Position numbers and translations under genes: made by a program. Source: Candidatus Bathyarchaeota archaeon RBG_13_38_9 (GTDB lineage Archaea; Thermoproteota; Bathyarchaeia; 40CM-2-53-6; RBG-13-38-9). From it: a DNA stretch of 48,204 nucleotides. Below the pieces are notes generated by a model. The model had not been told where the DNA came from, made no database searches, and saw only the letters and a list, made by a program, of their open reading frames with translations. The first letter of the stretch is position 1. Each line of letters opens with the position of its first letter. This document shows positions 37,893 to 44,154 of the stretch, piece after piece. The stretch is from positions 838 through 49,041 of the forward strand of contig MEZD01000016.1 of NCBI GenBank assembly GCA_001775955.1, read 5' to 3'.

Positions 37893-39286
37893 AGGCAAAA
37901 TCAGCAAGAAAACTTTTTGGTACAAATGGTGTGAGAGGAATTCTCAATAAAGATTTGACTCCCCAAATGGTGTTAGATCTTAGCGAATCCATAGGAACAT
38001 TTTTCGGTCGAACGATAGACAGCTCCAAGATCCTTTTGGGTTGGGATGGTAGAACAAGCAGTCCAATGCTTGCAGATATTGTTGCATCTGGATTAGTAAA
38101 TGCTGGTTGCAAAGTATATCAAGCAGGTATGGCTCCGACACCTGCAATACAGTTTCTAACAAAAATCCAAAGTCTTAATGGAGGTGTTATGGTAACAGCG
38201 AGTCACAATCCTCCAGAATATAATGGAATAAAAGTAATTGATAAAGACGGAGTCGAGATATCTCCTAAGGACGAACTTATAATAGAAAATATTTACTCCA
38301 AGAAAAAATATGAAAGAAAAGATTGGAATCATTTAGGAGAAAAATTATCTATTCAAGACGGTCTTGATACATATAGAGAAGCAATAAGACAGAAGGTCGA
38401 TGAAGAAAAAATCAGTAAATCGAAGCTCAAGATAGTTGTTGATCCAGCAAATGGAGTAGGATCATTAGTTACACCATACTTATGCAGAGAATTAGGATGC
38501 GAAATTATAACAATCAACGCAAATATTGATGGCAATTTTCCTGGAAGACTACCAGAACCTACTCCGGCAAATCTTGAATCTTTATGCAAAGCTGTCAAGG
38601 TAAGTCAAGCTGATCTTGGAGTAGCTCATGATGGGGATGCGGACAGGGCAATATTCGTTGATGAGAAGGGACAGATTCAATGGGGAGACAAAAGCTTCGC
38701 GTTAATAGTTGAACATTTTCTGAGAAATAATCCGGGAGAAGAAATTGTGACGCCAGTTAGTTCATCGCAGATGATAGAGATAATTGCCTTAAGAAATGGT
38801 GGAAAGGTTATCTGGACTCCTGTGGGCTCACCTTATGTTTCCAGAACTATGATCAATAAAAAAGCAAAACTTGGTGGAGAAGAGAATGGTGGAATATTTT
38901 ATGGACCTCACATTCCAGTCAGAGATGGTGCAATGGCGACTGCATTAATGCTCGAAATAATGGCATTATCTGGACAGAAACTATCACAACTCATAGAAAA
39001 ACTTCCAAGATACTTTAATATCAAAGAAAAGGTTCCTTGCCCGGTAAATCTAAAATCAAAAATTCTAAAAAAACTTGAATCAAATGTTAAGGCCACAAAG
39101 ATAGAAACTATCGATGGCTTGAAAATCTGGCAAAAGGACGGAAGCTGGATACTTGTAAGACCAAGCGGAACAGAACCATTATATCGAATTTTCGCAGAAG
39201 CAGAAACTCAAGAGAAAGTAGAAGCCCTAGCATTAAGATACAAGAAACTCATTACCAGAATCATAAAGAATATTCGGCGAAAATGA
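37889..39286 (+). CDS. Phosphohexose mutase (phosphoglucosamine/phosphomannomutase family)
   Basis: TASHNPPEYNGIK (active-site Ser), GVAHDGDADR metal loop, GEENGG, RPSGTEP. Overlaps the upstream stop. Confidence 0.9.
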   Translation: MKAKSARKLFGTNGVRGILNKDLTPQMVLDLSESIGTFFGRTIDSSKILLGWDGRTSSPMLADIVASGLVNAGCKVYQAGMAPTPAIQFLTKIQSLNGGVMVTASHNPPEYNGIKVIDKDGVEISPKDELIIENIYSKKKYERKDWNHLGEKLSIQDGLDTYREAIRQKVDEEKISKSKLKIVVDPANGVGSLVTPYLCRELGCEIITINANIDGNFPGRLPEPTPANLESLCKAVKVSQADLGVAHDGDADRAIFVDEKGQIQWGDKSFALIVEHFLRNNPGEEIVTPVSSSQMIEIIALRNGGKVIWTPVGSPYVSRTMINKKAKLGGEENGGIFYGPHIPVRDGAMATALMLEIMALSGQKLSQLIEKLPRYFNIKEKVPCPVNLKSKILKKLESNVKATKIETIDGLKIWQKDGSWILVRPSGTEPLYRIFAEAETQEKVEALALRYKKLITRIIKNIRRK

Positions 39287-39287
39287 C

Positions 39288-40283
39288 TTGCTTGAAACAA
39301 TACTTCCAATGGTAATAACGATATTAATTGGTTTCATTACCACTGTTTTACTTATACCACCAGTATCAAAATTCATGTTTAAACATGGAATAATCGGAAT
39401 TGACGTGCATAAGTTAGATAGACCAAAAATTCCAGAATTGTGTGGCATAACTATCGTTTTAGGAGTTACAGTCTCAGGAATAATTTTCAGTTTTTTTTAT
39501 CCAGAACAGAATATGTGGATTTTAGCGTTCATATCTTCTACGCTTATAGCTGCTATTGTAGGCATCCTTGATAGAATTACCAAAATAGGACCAAGATTAA
39601 AACCCGTCTTAGTAGCCTTAGGTGCGATTCCGATCATATTTCTCGCTGTTTACAATCCCTATCCTGAATTTCCTTTTATTGGGGTGACAAGACTCACCAT
39701 AATTTATCCTCTTCTTATTCCTATCGCGCTAGCAGTCACAGCAAATTCTGTCAACATGCTTGATGTATTCAATGGCTCGATGACAGGAACATGTTCGATA
39801 GCTATTCTTGGAATGATAATTTGTATGCTTATGATGGGTCGAGTAGATGCGGCTGCATTAGCTGCTGGCCTCTTGGGAAGTTTACTTGCATTTCATATCT
39901 TTAACAAATATCCAGCAAAAATTTTCGCGGGTGACGTAGGTAGTCTATTCATTGGAGCATCAATAGGAGTCTTAGCTATTTATGGTAGGATAGAAGTAGC
40001 AGCTATTACGGCTATGATGCCTCATATAATGAATGCATTCTATGGATTGGCAACTGTTGGAAGATTATATGAAAGAAAAGAGATATCGAACAGACCTATC
40101 AGAGTTCTGGAAGATGGAAGGCTTGACGTTAATAAAGATAGTAAAGCACCAATCACATTGGCTCGAATGATCTTGGCACAAAGACCTTTGAAGGAATTTG
40201 AAGTAACTCGTCGCATGTTCATTCTTTCGGCAGTATCGGCGATTTTAGCTGTTTTTACACAGTTACTGATAATTTGGTGTTAG
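39288..40283 (+). CDS. aglH: Glycosyltransferase family 4: UDP-GlcNAc:dolichyl-phosphate GlcNAc-1-P transferase (AglH/WecA/MraY-like)
   Basis: Polytopic. NSVNMLDVFNG and IFAGDVGSLFIG motifs. TTG 39288 or ATG 39309. Confidence 0.8.
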   Translation: MLETILPMVITILIGFITTVLLIPPVSKFMFKHGIIGIDVHKLDRPKIPELCGITIVLGVTVSGIIFSFFYPEQNMWILAFISSTLIAAIVGILDRITKIGPRLKPVLVALGAIPIIFLAVYNPYPEFPFIGVTRLTIIYPLLIPIALAVTANSVNMLDVFNGSMTGTCSIAILGMIICMLMMGRVDAAALAAGLLGSLLAFHIFNKYPAKIFAGDVGSLFIGASIGVLAIYGRIEVAAITAMMPHIMNAFYGLATVGRLYERKEISNRPIRVLEDGRLDVNKDSKAPITLARMILAQRPLKEFEVTRRMFILSAVSAILAVFTQLLIIWC

Positions 40284-40529
40284 ATGTTGCGAACAATATT
40301 TGGATTGATTATCATAATATTCTTTGTTTGGCTCACTATGTTAATAGGATTAGTAGTGATTTTTGCATCTTTACCACTACTCATTCTTACTCTTTCTGAG
40401 ACAATCGGGAGATTCTTTGAGAGCATTGTAGTGACTAGTATTGCATCTGTTATGGTTCTCATTTGGCTCGTAATCTGGAAAGAATTAGCGTTCAGATATT
40501 TTTCTAGAATGATAGCTGAAAGGCAATAA
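40284..40529 (+). CDS. Small 3-TM membrane protein (81 aa), translationally adjacent to aglH
   Basis: Its ATG immediately follows the aglH TAG. Three hydrophobic helices; no motif recognised. Confidence 0.5.
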   Translation: MLRTIFGLIIIIFFVWLTMLIGLVVIFASLPLLILTLSETIGRFFESIVVTSIASVMVLIWLVIWKELAFRYFSRMIAERQ

Positions 40530-40956
40530 ATCTGGAAATCTTAAGCTATTTCGTGTTTTCACGTTCTAAACTTCTGTATGACTTTATAGTGTAAACGATT
40601 ATTGTGAGATAATGCTTCCAAAAGTCAGCTAGCTAATAGATTCTTATGAAAAAGCTTACATATATGTAGCATAGAGATTACATAGTTGTAGCTGTTTTGT
40701 GTCAGAATTAGGTGATAATATGAACCCAGATCTGTTAATAGGGCCTTTCTATTTAGCATTTCAATTCTCTTGCTTCTATGCAGGAATAACAATTCTAAGG
40801 CGTTTAACTCGAACTATTCTGACGAGTTAGATTTAACTAATTTAATTGTTTAAAGCTGTCCAGAAATCGTATTCATTTTACTTATTGTTCTAGTATCGGA
40901 ACAGTCCATTATTGTTATATGTTCTAAACATATTATTCTACTCTGTTGAACAGTAT

Positions 40957-42084
40957 ATGAATGTAGATTTGAAGAGTGATTCTGCAGTTCAGCGTTGGCT
41001 TTCTAATTATTCTGAGGAGAATAGGAGGGCTAAGCTGGCTCTCTTTTCTGGATTTTATGGTTATTTGCAGGGGTTGGAACGGTTTAAGGATTTGAGTCCT
41101 AGTGAGCTGGTTGATTTTCAGAAAAAGGCTTTGGCGAATGGTGATGGGTTTGAGTTGCTTGATGCTTTGCAGGATCATATTAAGGGTTTGAGGGGGACTT
41201 ATAGTTCTCTTGTTACACGTTACAGCATAATCAAGGTTTTTTTCAAAAAGAATCGTGCAGCTTTGCCTGATGATGATTTTAAGATTAATCCTAACCGTGA
41301 GCCTATTGCTGGACGTTTAACTATTGATCATATTAGGAATCTTATATCGAATGCTTCTGGTCCGATGAGACCTTTCTATCTGACGTTGTGGATGGGTTTG
41401 ATTGATTGTGAAAGGTTTAGAATATTTAATGAGAAATGTGGAGGTACACTTGCTAAACATTTGAAAGAGCATGGTGTTGATGAGCCTTTCATGTTTGAAT
41501 ATTCTGGGCGTAAACAAACTAGGGGTAAAACTAGATTCTATACCTTTCTTGGTAGAGATGCTCTATCTGCATGGAAGGAATATTTTGAGTTAAGACGTGG
41601 TTATCCTAAAGATGGTGAGCCTCTTCTTATTGATCGGTTTGGCAATAAGATGGCGAAGGAGTCTTTGCGTATGGGTCACATGAGGTTGCTTGAGAGATTA
41701 CATTTTATTGATCGTGGTGGAGACAAGTCAACAAGGTATGGTTACAATTTGCATGAGTTTAGAGATGTTTCGAGGACTCTTCTACATTTGCAGGGTAAGG
41801 GGGATGGTTTGGATATGGAGTGTGTAGAATTTTGGCTAGGACACACTACAGATCCTAATCATTATGATAAATTCTATCTAGACAAAAATTATGTTCGGGA
41901 ACAATATAGACTCGCCGAGAAACATCTCAACATAATCTCAGGAACACAATTAGTTCCGACGCAAGATACTAAACAAATTGTTGAAGAAATAATTAAGAAT
42001 CCTGAAGCCTGTAAAATATTATCAGAAGCTTTAGGTGACCTTGTCGGCGCTAGACTAGCGCCAATAGAACAGAGAAAGGACTAG
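40957..42084 (+). CDS. Tyrosine recombinase / integrase
   Basis: C-terminal catalytic pattern: ..CERFRIF.. (Arg I region), NLHEFRDVSRT (HxxR), FWLGHT (His/Trp), HYDKFY (Tyr nucleophile region). The track ORF starts at TTG 40912; ATG 40957 is preferred. The coding strand is conspicuously G+T-rich and C-poor compared with its neighbours. Confidence 0.8.
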   Translation: MNVDLKSDSAVQRWLSNYSEENRRAKLALFSGFYGYLQGLERFKDLSPSELVDFQKKALANGDGFELLDALQDHIKGLRGTYSSLVTRYSIIKVFFKKNRAALPDDDFKINPNREPIAGRLTIDHIRNLISNASGPMRPFYLTLWMGLIDCERFRIFNEKCGGTLAKHLKEHGVDEPFMFEYSGRKQTRGKTRFYTFLGRDALSAWKEYFELRRGYPKDGEPLLIDRFGNKMAKESLRMGHMRLLERLHFIDRGGDKSTRYGYNLHEFRDVSRTLLHLQGKGDGLDMECVEFWLGHTTDPNHYDKFYLDKNYVREQYRLAEKHLNIISGTQLVPTQDTKQIVEEIIKNPEACKILSEALGDLVGARLAPIEQRKD

Positions 42085-42165
42085 CATAATTTTGGATGCT
42101 CTCACCAGATAAGGCACACCACATATTTATCAAACACTTTGTTATGGCATAATTGAGGACTGATA

Positions 42166-42603
42166 ATGATTAGAGATCAGCTAATTGGTACGTGGAAGCT
42201 CATCAGCGCATGCTCTATTCGACAGTCAGATGGAGAGGTGCAGTATCCTTTTAGCAAGCAGCCTGTTGGCCAGATTATTTACGATTCTGCTGGGAACATG
42301 TCCGTGATAATCATGCGTCCTGAACGCCCGAAATCCTCCATTAATGATAAATCTCAAGCTACAAATGAAGAGATCAAATCAGCCTTTGATGGATTCGAAG
42401 CATATTTTGGTACATACGAGATAGATGAAGAGAAAAAAATTGTAAGTCATCATATAGTTGGAAGTTTATTTCCCAATTGGGAAGGAATGACTCAGACACG
42501 GTTTGCAGAGTTTTCTGGGAACCAGTTGACACTTAAAACGCCACCAATCCCTTATGGTGGTGCAACGATTACCGGTACATTGGTTTGGGAGCGTAAATCT
42601 TAA
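42166..42603 (+). CDS. Lipocalin-like domain protein (Lipocalin_5/PF13924-type)
   Basis: LIGTWKLIS...DGEVQYPF...GQIIYDSAGNMSVIIMRPERP...YFGTYEIDEEKKIVSHHIVGSLFPNWEGMTQTRFAEFSGNQLTLKT matches the family consensus closely. Confidence 0.8.
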   Translation: MIRDQLIGTWKLISACSIRQSDGEVQYPFSKQPVGQIIYDSAGNMSVIIMRPERPKSSINDKSQATNEEIKSAFDGFEAYFGTYEIDEEKKIVSHHIVGSLFPNWEGMTQTRFAEFSGNQLTLKTPPIPYGGATITGTLVWERKS

Positions 42604-42631
42604 AGATCACATTACAAAGCTATTGTAGTTT

Positions 42632-42727
42632 CTAATTATCATTATATTCATAGAAACCCTTACCACTTCTTCTTCCGAGATCTCCCTTCAATACTATCTT
42701 TCTAAGCAGCAGTATCAATAATCTACA
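42632..42727 (-). pseudogene. 3'-terminal remnant of a 3-hydroxyacyl-/3-hydroxybutyryl-CoA dehydrogenase gene
   Basis: The minus-strand frame bounded by TAA (42728-30) and TAG (42632-34) reads CRLLILLLRKIVLKGDLGRRSGKGFYEYNDN*. ..LLRKMV..G.LGRK[ST]GKGFY.Y followed by a stop is the characteristic C-terminus of 3HCDH-family enzymes. There is no start codon and no upstream body. Confidence 0.55.
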
Positions 42728-42876
42728 TTATCAAGAGACGTAAAGATTAGAAGTTAGAAGATCCGGTCATTGAAGTCACGCTTTCATGTTCGAATCATCA
42801 GATTTTTGGCACACAAGAGTCCACATCAATATATCATAGCAAAATCATATACTATGAGAGCTTCACCAATTGGTGA

Positions 42877-43383
42877 ATGACTATGGCGACAGAACCAGAG
42901 TCCGAACCTAACCATATGCCAGACTATTTGATTGCGCACTACGAGGAGATTGGTAAAGAATGCCTTTTTCTAGATAGATTAATTTGGGAAATTCCTTCAT
43001 TGGCTTTAGCCATAATTGTTGGCATTATAACAGTGGCGTATTATTACGTTTCGACTCTTCTTATCCGAATGATTCTCTTACTCATCGGAATATTTTGGTA
43101 CTTTACCATCATAGTCGCTACCGAGAAACACATGCTCTTCGTATGGAATCGTAAAGAAAGGTTAATGCTTATTGAGGATCGCTACTTTAAAATTCCAGAC
43201 CTGCCAAACGTCCAGAGATTCGGGGAAAGCAAATGGTACAATGGCTCGACTCAGCATTGGAAACAGCTTAAAGGAATTCAAAAACTAAGAGCACATGATT
43301 TTCTCAAGACTGCACTTTATGTAACATTCATCGTGTTATTATTTCTAGAAGCCCACAACATCTACTTGCTTTATACGAATTAG
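42877..43383 (+). CDS. Hypothetical membrane protein (2 central TM helices + C-terminal TM)
   Basis: 168 aa. GGTGA lies directly before ATG 42877 (a second ATG at 42883 has better spacing). TM helices IPSLALAIIVGIITVAYYYV, ILLLIGIFWYFTIIVAT, ALYVTFIVLLFLEA. Confidence 0.6.
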   Translation: MTMATEPESEPNHMPDYLIAHYEEIGKECLFLDRLIWEIPSLALAIIVGIITVAYYYVSTLLIRMILLLIGIFWYFTIIVATEKHMLFVWNRKERLMLIEDRYFKIPDLPNVQRFGESKWYNGSTQHWKQLKGIQKLRAHDFLKTALYVTFIVLLFLEAHNIYLLYTN

Positions 43384-43426
43384 TTGATGACAAGTTAGTT
43401 AAATCTTGAAGTCGTAACTCTAGTCT

Positions 43427-43915
43427 ATGATGGTGCCTAGACTAGCAATATATATTGACGGTGCGAATATTGACACGCCTGCAAGGGGGGCTTCAATCCG
43501 CATTAATTACACTCGATTTTATACTTATTTGGTCGATAAACGTAATGTGATTTTGGCAAATTACTATGATAGTAAGACCAACCACCCAGGCAAGAAAGCT
43601 TTCTATGGAAAGGTAAAAGCAGCAGGATTTAAGGTAATTCTAGGTCCAATGGTTAAATATGGAAAGCAGAAAGAAATCGATGTTCAAATTGCGGTTGATA
43701 TGGTGAGCGATGCCTACGAAAATAAATTTGATATTGCCGTACTCGGCTCAGGAGATGGAGATATGGCTCCTGCGGTTAGAAAATTAATTTCGATGAAAAA
43801 GGATGTGGAAGTAGTTTCATTCAATGATCCGAGTGGGAAGCAGTTCGCATGGTCACTGAAAACATGTGCGACTCGCATAAGAGACCTTACTTATGACATT
43901 AATAAGATCATATAA
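43427..43915 (+). CDS. NYN-domain (LabA/DUF88-like) predicted ribonuclease
   Basis: LAIYIDGANID (first Asp), KEIDVQIAVDM, AVLGSGDGDMAPAV give the acidic-residue pattern of NYN/PIN-like nucleases. Confidence 0.75.
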   Translation: MMVPRLAIYIDGANIDTPARGASIRINYTRFYTYLVDKRNVILANYYDSKTNHPGKKAFYGKVKAAGFKVILGPMVKYGKQKEIDVQIAVDMVSDAYENKFDIAVLGSGDGDMAPAVRKLISMKKDVEVVSFNDPSGKQFAWSLKTCATRIRDLTYDINKII

Positions 43916-43961
43916 AATTGGAAAAAGTTTTTAGGCATCGTAATTAAATACTATAATTAAA

Positions 43962-44032
43962 GTTTGATGGCAGGCGTCAGTGCCTCGGTGTCGTATGACA
44001 CTCTGATGGGCTCAGCCCATCTGCCACCAAAC
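43962..44032. other. GC-rich, tRNA-sized (71 nt) multi-helix element in a convergent intergenic gap
   Basis: 12-bp closing stem GTTTGATGGCAG (43962-73) / CTGCCACCAAAC (44021-32) with one A-C mismatch. Internal hairpins GTGTC-GTAT-GACAC (43988-44001) and ATGGG-CTCAG-CCCAT (44006-20). It stands out as a GC island in AT-rich spacer. Confidence 0.35.
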
Positions 44033-44154
44033 CCAAATTTTGCATTCTCATATATTTTCTCGCTTCATTTTGAGTTAGTTTTTAGCACGCACTCAGTGAT
44101 AGTGTTTGAGAGAGTCAAAGATAAAACCATATTTTAGAATAAGTTTGTATTTAC

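Noticed and set aside
40720-40830. 36-aa hydrophobic ORF (MNPDLLIGPFYLAFQFSCFYAGITILRRLTRTILTS) with an AGGTGA motif upstream, in the spacer before the integrase
   Set aside because: It is too short and motif-free to support as a gene from sequence alone. It may be a chance ORF in the putative att/promoter region.
43962-44032. The GC-rich element as a bona fide tRNA or a C/D-box sRNA
   Set aside because: For a tRNA, the loops are only 4-5 nt, there is no GTTCRANYC-like T-loop and no 7-nt anticodon loop. For a C/D sRNA, TGATGG occurs twice and CTGA once, but the spacing and order do not give a C-D'-C'-D layout with 10-12-nt guides. I keep it only as an unexplained structured element.
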